Shown here one piece after another: positions 26,001 to 41,000 of a stretch of 64,000 nt of DNA. A program made the position numbers and the translations under genes. Where the stretch lies: contig CM082579.2 of the NCBI GenBank assembly GCA_040954595.2, positions 7,863,625 to 7,927,624 of the forward strand. Reading direction: 5' to 3'. This stretch comes from Balanoglossus misakiensis. Taxonomy: Eukaryota; Animalia; Hemichordata. Each line of letters opens with the position of its first letter. The first letter of the stretch is position 1. The notes under the pieces were generated by a model. That model saw nothing but the letters and a program-made list of their open reading frames with translations, was not told where the DNA came from and made no database searches.

Positions 26001-29000
26001 AAATGAAGAAATTTTAATATTTCGGAAAGTCGAAAAATTGTCATTTTTGGATGATTTTCATGAGCTATAACCCATGAATTTCGTCAAAAAATGAAGAAAT
26101 TCTGAACTTTCGAAAAGTCGAAAAATTGTCATTTTTGGATGATTTTCATGATTGTCAAAAAATGGAGAAATTTTAAAATTTCGGAAAGTCGAAAAATTGT
26201 CATTTTTGGATGATTTTCATGAGCTATAACCCATGCTTTTCTTCAAAAAATGAAGAAATTTTAATATTTCGGAAAGTCGAAAAATTGTCATTTTTGGATG
26301 ATTTTCATGAGCTATAACCCATGAATTTCGTCAAAAAATGAAGAAATTCTGAACTTTCGAAAAGTCGAAAAATTGTCATTTTTGGATGATTTTCATGATT
26401 GTCAAAAAATGGAGAAATTTTAATATTTCGGAAAGTCGAAAAATTGTCATTTTTGGATGATTTTCATGAGCTATAACCCATGCTTTTCTTCAAAAAATGA
26501 AGAAATTTTGAAATTTCAGAAAGTCGAAAAATTGTCATTTTTGGATGATTTTCATGAGCTATAACCCATGAATTTCGTCAAAAAATGAAGAAATTCTGAA
26601 CTTTCGAAAAGTCGAAAAATTGTCATTTTTGGATGATTTTCATGAGCTATAACTCATGCTTTTCTTCAAAAAATGAAGACATTTTGATATTTCGGAAAGT
26701 CGAAAATTGTCATTTTTGGATGATTTTCATGAGCTATAACCCATGCTTTTCTTCAAAAAATGAAGAAATTTTGAAATTTCGGAAAGTCGAAAAATTGTCA
26801 TTTTTTGATGATTTTCATGAGCTATAACCCATGCTTTTCTTCAAAAAATGAAGAAATTTTGAAATTTCGGAGAGTAGAAAAATTGTCATTTTTGGATGAT
26901 TTTCATGAGCTATAACCCATGCTTTTCTTCAAAAAATGAAGAAATTTTGATATTTCGGAAAGTCGAAAAATTGTCATTTTTGGATGATTTTCATGAGCTA
27001 TAACCCATGCTTTTCTTCAAAAACTGAAGAAATTTTGATATTTCGGAAAGTCGAAAAATTGTCATTTTTGGATGATTTTCATGAGCTATAACCCATGCTT
27101 TTCTTCAAAAACTGAAGAAATTTTGATATTTCGGAAAGTCGAAAAATTGTCATTTTTGGATGATTTTCATGAGCTATAACCCATGCTTTTCTTCAAAAAA
27201 TGAAGAAATTTTGAAATTTCGGAAAGTCGAAAAATTGTCATTTTTTGATGATTTTCATGAGCTATAACCCATGCTTTTCTTCAAAAAATGAAGAAATTTT
27301 GAAATTTCGGAGAGTCGAAAAATTGTCATTTTTGGATGATTTTCATGAGCTATAACCCATGCTTTTCTTCAAAAAATGAAGAAATTTTGATATTTCGGAA
27401 AGTCGAAAAATTGTCATTTTTGGATGATTTTCATGAGCTATAACCCATGCTTTTCTTCAAAAAATGAAGAAATTTTGATATTTCGGAAAGTCGAAAAATT
27501 GTCATTTTTGGATGATTTTCATGAGCTATAACCCATGCTTTTCTTCAAAAAATGAAGAAATTTTGATATTTCGGAAAGTCGAAAAATTGTCATTTTTGGA
27601 TGATTTTCATGAGCTATAACCCATGCTTTTCTTCAAAAAATGAAGAAATTTTGAAATTTCGGAAAGTCGAAAAATTGTCATTTTTGGATGATTTTCATGA
27701 GCTATAACCCATGCTTTTCTTCAAAAAATGAAGAAATTTTGAAATTTCGGAAAGTCGAAAAATTGTCATTTTTGGATGATTTTCATGAGCTATAACCCAT
27801 GCTTTTCTTCAAAAAATGAAGAAATTTTGATATTTCGGAAAGTCGAAAAATTGTCATTTTTGGATGATTTTCATGAGCTATAACTCATGCTTTTCTTCAA
27901 AAAATGAAGAAATTTTGATATTTCGGAAAGTCGAAAAATTGTCATTTTTGGATTATTTTCATGAGCTATAACCCATGCTTTTCTTCAAAAAATGAAGAAA
28001 TTTTGATATTTCGGAAAGTCGAAAAATTGTCATTTTTGGATGATTTTCATGAGCTATAACCCATGCTTTTCTTCAAAAAATGAAGAAATTTTGATATTTC
28101 GGAAAGTCGAAAAATTGTCATTTTTGGATGATTTTCATGAGCTATAACCCATGCTTTTTGTCAAAAAATGAAGAAATTTTGATATTTCGGAAAGTCGAAA
28201 AATTGTCATTTTTGGATGATTTTCATGAGCTATAACCCATGCTTTTCTTCAAAAAATGAAGAAATTTTGATATTTCGGAAAGTCGAAAAATTGTCATTTT
28301 TGGATGATTTTCATGAGCTATAACCCATGCTTTTTGTCAAAAAATGAAGAAATTTTAATATTTCGGAAAGTCGAAAAATTGTCATTTTTGGATGATTTTC
28401 ATGAGCTATAACCCATGAATTTCGTCAAAAAATGAAGAAATTCTGAACTTTCGAAAAGTCGAAAAATTGTCATTTTTGGATGATTTTCATGATTGTCAAA
28501 AAATGGAGAAATTTTAATATTTCGGAAAGTCGAAAAATTGTCATTTTTGGATGATTTTCATGAGCTATAACCCATGCTTTTCTTCAAAAAATGAAGAAAT
28601 TTTAATATTTTGGAAAGTCGAAAAATTGTCATTTTTGGATGATTTTCATGAGCTATAACCCATGAATTTCGTCAAAAAATGAAGAAATTCTGAACTTTCG
28701 AAAAGTCGAAAAATTGTCATTTTTGGATGATTTTCATGATTGTCAAAAAATGGAGAAATTTTAATATTTCGGAAAGTCGAAAAATTGTCATTTTTGGATG
28801 ATTTTCATGAGCTATAACCCATGCTTTTCTTCAAAAAATGAAGAAATTTTGATATTTCGGAAAGTCGAAAAATTGTCATTTTTGGATGATTTTCATGAGC
28901 TATAACCCATGCTTTTCTTCAAAAAATGAAGAAATTTTGATATTTCGGAAAGTCGAAAAATTGTCATTTTTGGATGATTTTCATGAGCTATAACCCATGC

Positions 29001-32000
29001 TTTTTGTCAAAAAATGAAGAAATTTTGATATTTCGGAAAGTCGAAAAATTGTCATTTTTGGATGATTTTCATGATTGTCAAAAAATGGAGAAATTTTAAT
29101 ATTTCGGAAAGTCGAAAAATTGTCATTTTTGGATGATTTTCATGAGCTATAACCCATGCTTTTCTTCAAAAAATGAAGAAATTTTAATATTTCGGAAAGT
29201 CGAAAAATTGTCATTTTTGGATGATTTTCATGAGCTATAACCCATGAATTTCGTCAAAAAATGAAGAAATTCTGAACTTTCGAAAAGTCGAAAAATTGTC
29301 ATTTTTGGATGATTTTCATGATTGTCAAAAAATGGAGAAATTTTAATATTTCGGAAAGTCGAAAAATTGTCATTTTTGGATGATTTTCATGAGCTATAAC
29401 CCATGCTTTTCTTCAAAAAATGAAGAAATTTTGATATTTCGGAAAGTCGAAAAATTGTCATTTTTGGATGATTTTCATGAGCTATAACCCATGCTTTTCT
29501 TCAAAAAATGAAGAAATTTTGAAATTTCGGAAAGTCGAAAAATTGTCATTTTTGGATGATTTTCATGAGCTATAACCCATGAATTTCGTCAAAAAATGAA
29601 GAAATTCTGAACTTTCGAAAAGTCGAAAAATTGTCATTTTTGGATGATTTTCATGAGCTATAACTCATGCTTTTCTTCAAAAAATGAAGAAATTTTGATA
29701 TTTCGGAAAGTCGAAAAATTGTCATTTTTGGATTATTTTCATGAGCTATAACCCATGCTTTTCTTCAAAAAATGAAGAAATTTTGATATTTCGGAAAATC
29801 GAAAAATTGTCATTTTTGGATAATTTTCATGAGCTATAACCCATGCTTTTTGTCAAAAAATGAAGAAATTTTAATATTTCGGAAAGTCGAAAAATTGTCA
29901 TTTTTGGATGATTTTCATGAGCTATAACCCATGCTTTTCTTCAAAAAATGAAGAAATTTTGATATTTCGGAAAGTCGAAAAATTGTCATTTTTGGATGAT
30001 TTTCATGAGCTATAACTCATGCTTTTCTTCAAAAAATGAAGAAATTTTGAAATTTCGGAAAGTCGAAAAATTGTCATTTTTGGATGATTTTCATGAGCTA
30101 TAACCCATGAATTTCGTCAAAAAATGAAGAAATTCTGAACTTTCGAAAAGTCGAAAAATTGTCATTTTTGGATGATTTTCATGAGCTATAACTCATGCTT
30201 TTCTTCAAAAAATGAAGAAATTTTGATATTTCGGAAAGTCGAAAAATTGTCATTTTTGGATGATTTTCATGAGCTATAACCCATGCTTTTTGTCAAAAAA
30301 TGAAGAAATTTTAATATTTCGGAAAGTCGAAAAATTGTCATTTTTGGATGATTTTCATGAGCTATAACCCATGAATTTCGTCAAAAAATGAAGAAATTCT
30401 GAACTTTCGAAAAGTCGAAAAATTGTCATTTTTGGATGATTTTCATGATTGTCAAAAAATGGAGAAATTTTAAAATTTCGGAAAGTCGAAAAATTGTCAT
30501 TTTTGGATGATTTTCATGAGCTATAACCCATGCTTTTCTTCAAAAAATGAAGAAATTTTAATATTTCGGAAAGTCGAAAAATTGTCATTTTTGGATGATT
30601 TTCATGAGCTATAACCCATGAATTTCGTCAAAAAATGAAGAAATTCTGAACTTTCGAAAAGTCGAAAAATTGTCATTTTTGGATGATTTTCATGATTGTC
30701 AAAAAATGGAGAAATTTTAATATTTCGGAAAGTCGAAAAATTGTCATTTTTGGATGATTTTCATGAGCTATAACCCATGCTTTTCTTCAAAAAATGAAGA
30801 AATTTTGAAATTTCAGAAAGTCGAAAAATTGTCATTTTTGGATGATTTTCATGAGCTATAACCCATGAATTTCGTCAAAAAATGAAGAAATTCTGAACTT
30901 TCGAAAAGTCGAAAAATTGTCATTTTTGGATGATTTTCATGAGCTATAACTCATGCTTTTCTTCAAAAAATGAAGAAATTTTGATATTTCGGAAAGTCGA
31001 AAAATTGTCATTTTTGGATTATTTTCATGAGCTATAACCCATGCTTTTCTTCAAAAAATGAAGAAATTTTGATATTTCGGAAAATCGAAAAATTGTCATT
31101 TTTGGATAATTTTCATGAGCTATAACCCATGCTTTTTGTCAAAAAATGAAGAAATTTTAATATTTCGGAAAGTCGAAAAATTGTCATTTTTGGATGATTT
31201 TCATGAGCTATAACCCATGCTTTTCTTCAAAAAATGAAGAAATTTTGATATTTCGGAAAGTCGAAAAATTGTCATTTTTAGATGATTTTCATGAGCTATA
31301 ACCCATGCTTTTCTTCAAAAAATGAAGAAATTTTGATATTTCGGAAAGTCGAAAAATTGTCATTTTTGGATGATTTTCATGAGCTATAACCCATGCTTTT
31401 CTTCAAAAAATGAAGAAATTTTGATATTTCGGAAAGTCGAAAAATTGTCATTTTTGGATGATTTTCATGAGCTATAACCCATGCTTTTTGTCAAAAAATG
31501 AAGAAATTTTGATATTTCGGAAAGTCGAAAAATTGTCATTTTTGGATGATTTTCATGAGCTATAACCCATGCTTTTCTTCAAAAAATGAAGAAATTTTAA
31601 TATTTCGGAAAGTCGAAAAATTGTCATTTTTGGATGATTTTCATGAGCTATAACCCATGAATTTCGTCAAAAAATGAAGAAATTCTGAACTTTCGAAAAG
31701 TCGAAAAATTGTCATTTTTGGATGATTTTCATGATTGTCAAAAAATGGAGAAATTTTAATATTTCGGAAAGTCGAAAAATTGTCATTTTTGGATGATTTT
31801 CATGAGCTATAACCCATGCTTTTCTTCAAAAAATGAAGAAATTTTGAAATTTCGGAAAGTCGAAAAATTGTCAGTTTTGGATGATTTTCATGAGCTATAA
31901 CCCATGAATTTCGTCAAAAAATGAAGAAATTCTGAACTTTCGAAAAGTCGAAAAATTGTCATTTTTGGATGATTTTCATGAGCTATAACTCATGCTTTTC

Positions 32001-35000
32001 TTCAAAAAATGAAGAAATTTTGATATTTCGGAAAGTCGAAAAATTGTCATTTTTGGATTATTTTCATGAGCTATAACCCATGCTTTTCTTCAAAAAATGA
32101 AGAAATTTTGATATTTCGGAAAATCGAAAAATTGTCATTTTTGGATAATTTTCATGAGCTATAACCCATGCTTTTTGTCAAAAAATGAAGAAATTTTAAT
32201 ATTTCGGAAAGTCGAAAAATTGTCATTTTTGGATGATTTTCATGAGCTATAACCCATGCTTTTCTTCAAAAAATGAAGAAATTTTGATATTTCGGAAAGT
32301 CGAAAAATTGTCATTTTTAGATGATTTTCATGAGCTATAACCCATGCTTTTCTTCAAAAAATGAAGAAATTTTGAAATTTCGGAAAGTCGAAAAATTGTC
32401 ATTTTTGGATGATTTTCATGAGCTATAACCCATGCTTTTCTTCAAAAAATTAAGAAATTTTGAAATTTCGGAAAGTCGAAAAATTGTCATTTTTGGATGA
32501 TTTTCATGAGCTATAACCCATGCTTTTCTTCAAAAAATGAAGAAATTTTGATATTTCGGAAAGTCGAAAAATTGTCATTTTTGGATGATTTTCATGAGCT
32601 ATAACCCATGCTTTTCTTCAAAAAATGAAGAAATTTTGATATTTCGGAAAGTCGAAAAATTGTCATTTTTGGATTATTTTCATGAGCTATAACCCATGCT
32701 TTTCTTCAAAAAATGAAGAAATTTTGATATTTCGGAAAGTCGAAAAATTGTCATTTTTGGATGATTTTCATGAGCTATAACCCATGCTTTTCTTCAAAAA
32801 ATGAAGAAATTTTGATATTTCGGAAAGTCGAAAAATTGTCATTTTTGGATGATTTTCATGAGCTATAACCCATGCTTTTTGTCAAAAAATGAAGAAATTT
32901 TGATATTTCGGAAAGTCGAAAAATTGTCATTTTTGGATGATTTTCATGAGCTATAACCCATGCTTTTTGTCAAAAAATGAAGAAATTTTGATATTTCGGA
33001 AAGTCGAAAAATTGTCATTTTTGGATGATTTTCATGAGCTATAACCCATGCTTTTCTTCAAAAAATGAAGAAATTTTGATATTTCGGAAAGTCGAAAAAT
33101 TGTCATTTTTTGATGATTTTCATGAGCTATAACCCATGCTTTTCTTCAAAAAATGAAGAAATTTTGAAATTTCGGAAAGTCGAAAAATTGTCATTTTTGG
33201 ATGATTTTCATGAGCTATAACCCATGCTTTTCTTCAAAAAATGAAGAAATTTTGATATTTCGGAAAGTCGAAAAATTGTCATTTTTGGATGATTTTCATG
33301 AGCTATAACCCATGCTTTTTGTCAAAAAATGAAGAAATTTTAATATTTCGGAAAGTCGAAAAATTGTCATTTTTGGATGATTTTCATGAGATATAACCCA
33401 TGAATTTCGTCAAAAAATGAAGAAATTCTGAACTTTCGAAAAGTCGAAAAATTGTCATTTTTGGATGATTTTCATGATTATCAAAAAATGAAGAAATTTT
33501 AATATTTCGGAAAGTCGAAAAATTGTCATTTTTGGATGATTTTCATGAGCTATAACCCATGCTTTTCTTCAAAAAATGAAGAAATTTTGATATTTCGGAA
33601 AGTCGAAAAATTGTCATTTTTAGATGATTTTCATGAGCTATAACCCATGCTTTTCTTCAAAAAATGAAGAAATTTTGAAATTTCGGAAAGTCGAAAAAAT
33701 GTCATTTTTGGATGATTTTCATGAGCTATAACCCATGCTTTTCTTCAAAAAATGAAGAAATTTTGAAATTTCGGAAAGTCGAAAAATTGTCATTTTTGGA
33801 TGATTTTCATGAGCTATAACCCATGCTTTTCTTCAAAAAATGAAGAAATTTTGATATTTCGGAAAGTCGAAAAATTGTCATTTTTGGATGATTTTCATGA
33901 GCTATAACCCATGCTTTTCTTCAAAAAATGAAGAAATTTTGATATTTCGGAAAGTCGAAAAATTGTCATTTTTGGATGATTTTCATGAGCTATAACCCAT
34001 GCTTTTTGTCAAAAAATGAAGAAATTTTGATATTTCGGAAAGTCGAAAAATTGTCATTTTTGGATGATTTTCATGAGCTATAACCCATGCTTTTCTTCAA
34101 AAAATGAAGAAATTTTGATATTTCGGAAAGTCGAAAAATTGTCATTTTTGGATTATTTTCATGAGCTATAACCCATGCTTTTCTTCAAAAAATGAAGAAA
34201 TTTTGATATTTCGGAAAATCGAAAAATTGTCATTTTTGGATAATTTTCATGAGCTATAACCCATGCTTTTTGTCAAAAAATGAAGAAATTTTAATATTTC
34301 GGAAAGTCGAAAAATTGTCATTTTTGGATGACTTTCATGAGCTATAACCCATGCTTTTCTTCAAAAAATGAAGAAATTTTGATATTTCGGAAAGTCGAAA
34401 AATTGTCATTTTTGGATGATTTTCATGAGCTATAACCCATGCTTTTTGTCAAAAAATGAAGAAATTTTAATATTTCGGAAAGTCGAAAAATTGTCATTTT
34501 TGGATGATTTTCATGAGCTATAACCCATGAATTTCGTCAAAAAATGAAGAAATTCTGAACTTTCGAAAAGTCGAAAAATTGTCATTTTTGGATGATTTTC
34601 ATGATTGTCAAAAAATGAAGAAATTTTAATATTTCGGAAAGTCGAAAAATTGTCATTTTTGGATGATTTTCATGAGCTATAACCCATGCTTTTCTTCAAA
34701 AAATGAAGAAATTTTGATATTTCGGAAAGTCGAAAAATTGTCATTTTTGGATGATTTTCATGAGCTATAACCCATGCTTTTCTTCAAAAAATGAAGAAAT
34801 TTTGAAATTTCGGAAAGTCGAAAAATTGTCATTTTTGGATGATTTTCATGAGCTATAACCCATGAATTTCGTCAAAAAATGAAGAAATTCTGAACTTTCG
34901 AAAAGTCGAAAAATTGTCATTTTTGGATGATTTTCATGAGCTATAACTCATGCTTTTCTTCAAAAAATGAAGAAATTTTGATATTTCGGAAAGTCGAAAA

Positions 35001-38000
35001 ATTGTCATTTTTGGATTATTTTCATGAGCTATAACCCATGCTTTTCTTCAAAAAATGAAGAAATTTTGAAATTTCGGAAAGTCGAAAAATTGTCATTTTT
35101 GGATGATTTTCATGAGCTATAATCCATGCTTTTCTTCAAAAAATGAAGAAATTTTAATATTTCGGAAAGTCGAAAAATTGTCATTTTTAGATTATTTTCA
35201 TGAGCTATAACCCATGCTTTTCTTCAAAAAATGAAGAAATTTTGATATTTCGGAAAGTCGAAAAATTGTCATTTTTGGATGATTTTCATGAGCTATAACC
35301 CATGCTTTTCTTCAAAAAATGAAGAAATTTTGATATTTCGGAAAGTCGAAAAATTGTCATTTTTGGATGATTTTCATGAGCTATAACCCATGCTTTTCTT
35401 CAAAAAATGAAGAAATTTTGATATTTCGGAAAGTCGAAAAATTGTCATTTTTGGATGATTTTCATGAGCTATAACCCATGCTTTTCTTCAAAAAATGAAG
35501 AAATTTTGTTATTTCGGAAAGTCGAAAAATTGTCATTTTTGGATGATTTTCATGAGCTATAACCCATGGTTTTTTTCAAAAAGTGAAGAAATTTTGATAT
35601 TTCGGAAAGTCGAAAAATTGTCATTTTTGGATGATTTTCATAAGCTATAACCCATGCTTTTTGTCAAAAAATGAAGAAATTTTAATATTTCGGAAAGTCC
35701 AAAAATTGTCATTTTTGGATGATTTTCATGAGCTATAACCCATGAATTTCGTCAAAAAATGAAGAAATTTTGAACTTTCGAAAAGTCGAAAAATTGTCAT
35801 TTTTGGATGATTTTCATGAGCTATAACCCATGCTTTTCTTTAAAAAATGAAGAAATTTTGATATTTCGGAAAGTCGAAAAATTGTCATTTTTGGATGATT
35901 TTCATGAGCTATAACCCATGCTTTTCTTCAAAAAATGAAGAAATTTTGATATTTCGGAAAGTCGAAAAATTGTCATTTTTGGATGATTTTCATGAGCTAT
36001 AACCCATGCTTTTTGTCAAAAAATGAAGAAATTTTGATATTTCGGAAAGTCGAAAAATTGTCATTTTTGGATGATTTTCATGAGCTATAACCCATGCTTT
36101 TCTTCAAAAAATGAAGAAATTTTGATATTTCGGAAAGTCGAAAAATTGTCATTTTTGGATGATTTTCATGAGCTATAACCCATGCTTTTTGTCAAAAAAT
36201 GAAAAAATTTTAATATTTCGGAAAGTCGAAAAATTGTCATTTTTGGATGATTTTCATGAGCTATAACCCATGAATTTCGTCAAAAAATGAAGAAATTCTG
36301 AACTTTCGAAAAGTCGAAAAATTGTCATTTTTGGATGATTTTCATGAGCTATAACCCATGCTTTTCTTCAAAAAATGAAGAAATTTTGAAATTTCGGAAA
36401 GTCGAAAAATTGTCATTTTTTGATGATTTTCATGAGCTATAACCCATGCTTTTCTTCAAAAAATGAAGAAATTTTGAAATTTCGGAAAGTCGAAAAATTG
36501 TCATTTTTTGATGATTTTCATGAGCTATAACCCATGCTTTTCTTCAAAAAATGAAGAAATTTTGAAATTTCGGAAAGTCGAAAAATTGTCATTTTTGGAT
36601 GATTTTCATGAGCTATAACCCATGCTTTTCTTCAAAAAATAAAGAAATTTTGATATTTCGGAAAGTCGAAAAATTGTCATTTTTGGATGATTTTCATGAG
36701 CTATAACCCATGCTTTTCTTCAAAAAATGAAGAAATTTTGATATTTCGGAAAGTCGAAAAATTGTCATTTTTGGATGATTTTCATGAGCTATAACCCATG
36801 CTTTTCTTCAAAAAATGAAGAAATTTTTATATTTCGGAAAGTCAAAAAATTGTCATTTTTGGATGATTTTCATGAGCTATAACCCATGGTTTTTTTCAAA
36901 AAGTGAAGAAATTTTGATATTTCGGAAAGTCGAAAAATTGTCATTTTTGGATGATTTTCATAAGCTATAACCCATGCTTTTTGTCAAAAACTGAAGAAAT
37001 TTTAATATTTCGGAAAGTCGAAAAATTGTCATTTTTGGATGATTTTCATGAGCTATAACCCATCAATTTCGTCAAAAAATGAAGAAATTTTGAACTTTCG
37101 AAAAGTCGAAAAATTGTCATTTTTGGATGATTTTCATGAGCTATAACTCATGCTTTTGTTCAAAAAATGAAGAAATTTTGATATTTCGGAAAGTCGAAAA
37201 ATTGTCATTTTTGGATTATTTTCATGAGCTATAACCCATGCTTTTCTTCAAAAAATGAAGAAATTTTGATATTTCGGAAAGTCGAAAAATTGTCATTTTT
37301 GGATGATTTTCATGAGCTATAACCCATGCTTTTCTTCAAAAAATGAAGAAATTTTGATATTTCGGAAAGTCGAAAAATTGTCATTTTTGGATGATTTTCA
37401 TGAGCTATAACCCATGCTTTTTGTCAAAAAATGAAGAAATTTTGATATTTCGGAAAGTCGAAAAATTGTCATTTTTGGATGATTTTCATGAGCTATAACC
37501 CATGCTTTTCTTCAAAAAATGAAGAAATTTTGATATTTCGGAAAGTCGAAAAATTGTCATTTTTGGATGATTTTCATGAGCTATAACCCATGCTTTTTGT
37601 CAAAAAATGAAGAAATTTTAATATTTCGGAAAGTCGAAAAATTGTCATTTTTGGATGATTTTCATGAGCTATAACCCATGAATTTCGTCAAAAAATGAAG
37701 AAATTCTGAACTTTCGAAAAGTCGAAAAATTGTCATTTTTGGATGATTTTCATGATTGTCAAAAAATGAAGAAATTTTAATATTTCGGAAAGTCGAAAAA
37801 TTGTCATTTTTGGATGATTTTCATGAGCTATAACCCATGCTTTTCTTCAAAAAATGAAGAAATTTTGATATTTCGGAAAGTCGAAAAATTGTCATTTTTG
37901 GATGATTTTCATGAGCTATAACCCATGCTTTTCTTCAAAAAATGAAGAAATTTTGAAATTTCGGAAAGTCGAAAAATTGTCATTTTTGGATGATTTTCAT

Positions 38001-41000
38001 GAGCTATAACCCATGAATTTCGTCAAAAAATGAAGAAATTCTGAACTTTCGAAAAGTCGAAAAATTGTCATTTTTGGATGATTTTCATGAGCTATAACTC
38101 ATGCTTTTCTTCAAAAAATGAAGAAATTTTGATATTTCGGAAAGTCGAAAAATTGACATTTTTGGATTATTTTCATGAGCTATAACCCATGCTTTTTGTC
38201 AAAAAATGAAGAAATTTTAATATTTCGGAAAGTCGAACAATTGTCATTTTTGGATGATTTTCATGAGCTATAACCCATGCTTTTCTTCAAAAAATGAAGA
38301 AATTTTGATATTTCGGAAAGTCGAAAAATTGTCATTTTTGGATGATTTTCATGAGCTATAACCCATGCTTTTCTTCAAAAAATGAAGAAATTTTGAAATT
38401 TCGGAAAGTCGAAAAATTTTCATTTTTGGATGATTTTCATGAGCTATAACCCATGCTTTTCTTCAAAAAATGAAGAAATTTTGAAATTTCGGAAAGTCGA
38501 AAAATTGTCATTTTTGGATGATTTTCATGAGCTATAACCCATGCTTTTCTTCAAAAAATGAAGAAATTTTGATATTTTTGAAAGTCGAAAAATTGTCATT
38601 TTTGGATTATTTTCATGAGCTATAACCCATGCTTTTCTTCAAAAAATGAAGAAATTTTGATATTTCGGAAAGTCGAAAAATTGTCATTTTTGGATGATTT
38701 TCATGAGCTATAACCCATGCTTTTCTTCAAAAAATGACGAAATTTTGATATTTCGGAAAGTCGAAAAATTGTCATTTTTGGATTATTTTCATGAGCTATA
38801 ACCCATGCTTTTCTTCAAAAAATGAAGAAATTTTGATATTTCGGAAAATCGAAAAATTGTCATTTTTGGATAATTTTCATGAGCTAAAACCCATGCTTTT
38901 TGTCAAAAAATGAAGAAATTTTAATATTTCGGAAAGTCAAAAAATTGTCATTTTTGGATGATTTTCATGAGCTATAACCCATGCTTTTCTTCAAAAAATG
39001 AAGAAATTTTGATATTTCGGAAAATCGAAAAATTGTCATTTTTGGATAATTTTCATGAGCGATAACCCATGCTTTTCTTCAAAAAATGAAGAAATTTTGA
39101 AATTTCGGAAAGTCGAAAAATTGTCATTTTTGGATGATTTTCATGAGCTATAACCCATGCTTTTCTACAAAAAATGAAGAAATTTTGATATTTCGGAAAG
39201 TCGAAAAATTGTCATTTTTGGATGATTTTCATGAGCTATAACCCATGCTTTTCTTCAAAAAATGAAGAAATTTTGATATTTCGGAAAGTCGAAAAATTGT
39301 CATTTTTGGATGATTTTCATAAGCTATAACCCATGCTTTTTGTCAAAAACTGAAGAAATTTTAATATTTCGGAAAGTCGAAAAATTGTCATTTTTGGATG
39401 ATTTTCATGAGCTATAACCCATCAATTTCGTCAAAAAATGAAGAAATTTTGAACTTTCGAAAAGTCGAAAAATTGTCATTTTTGGATGATTTTCATGAGC
39501 TATAACTCATGCTTTTGTTCAAAAAATGAAGAAATTTTGATATTTCGGAAAGTCGAAAAATTGTCATTTTTGGATTATTTTCATGAGCTATAACCCATGC
39601 TTTTCTTCAAAAAATGAAGAAATTTTGATATTTCGGAAAGTCGAAAAATTGTCATTTTTGGATGATTTTCATGAGCTATAACCCATGCTTTTCTTCAAAA
39701 AATGAAGAAATTTTGATATTTCGGAAAGTCGAAAAATTGTCATTTTTGGATGATTTTCATGAGCTATAACCCATGCTTTTTGTCAAAAAATGAAGAAATT
39801 TTGATATTTCGGAAAGTCGAAAAATTGTCATTTTTGGATGATTTTCATGAGCTATAACCCATGCTTTTCTTCAAAAAATGAAGAAATTTTGATATTTCGG
39901 AAAGTCGAAAAATTGTCATTTTTGGATGATTTTCATGAGCTATAACCCATGCTTTTTGTCAAAAAATGAAGAAATTTTAATATTTCGGAAAGTCGAAAAA
40001 TTGTCATTTTTGGATGATTTTCATGAGCTATAACCCATGAATTTCGTCAAAAAATGAAGAAATTCTGAACTTTCGAAAAGTCGAAAAATTGTCATTTTTG
40101 GATGATTTTCATGATTGTCAAAAAATGAAGAAATTTTAATATTTCGGAAAGTCGAAAAATTGTCATTTTTGGATGATTTTCATGAGCTATAACCCATGCT
40201 TTTCTTCAAAAAATGAAGAAATTTTGATATTTCGGAAAGTCGAAAAATTGTCATTTTTGGATGATTTTCATGAGCTATAACCCATGCTTTTCTTCAAAAA
40301 ATGAAGAAATTTTGAAATTTCGGAAAGTCGAAAAATTGTCATTTTTGGATGATTTTCATGAGCTATAACCCATGAATTTCGTCAAAAAATGAAGAAATTC
40401 TGAACTTTCGAAAAGTCGAAAAATTGTCATTTTTGGATGATTTTCATGAGCTATAACTCATGCTTTTCTTCAAAAAATGAAGAAATTTTGATATTTCGGA
40501 AAGTCGAAAAATTGACATTTTTGGATTATTTTCATGAGCTATAACCCATGCTTTTTGTCAAAAAATGAAGAAATTTTAATATTTCGGAAAGTCGAACAAT
40601 TGTCATTTTTGGATGATTTTCATGAGCTATAACCCATGCTTTTCTTCAAAAAATGAAGAAATTTTGATATTTCGGAAAGTCGAAAAATTGTCATTTTTGG
40701 ATGATTTTCATGAGCTATAACCCATGCTTTTCTTCAAAAAATGAAGAAATTTTGAAATTTCGGAAAGTCGAAAAATTTTCATTTTTGGATGATTTTCATG
40801 AGCTATAACCCATGCTTTTCTTCAAAAAATGAAGAAATTTTGAAATTTCGGAAAGTCGAAAAATTGTCATTTTTGGATGATTTTCATGAGCTATAACCCA
40901 TGCTTTTCTTCAAAAAATGAAGAAATTTTGATATTTTTGAAAGTCGAAAAATTGTCATTTTTGGATTATTTTCATGAGCTATAACCCATGCTTTTCTTCA

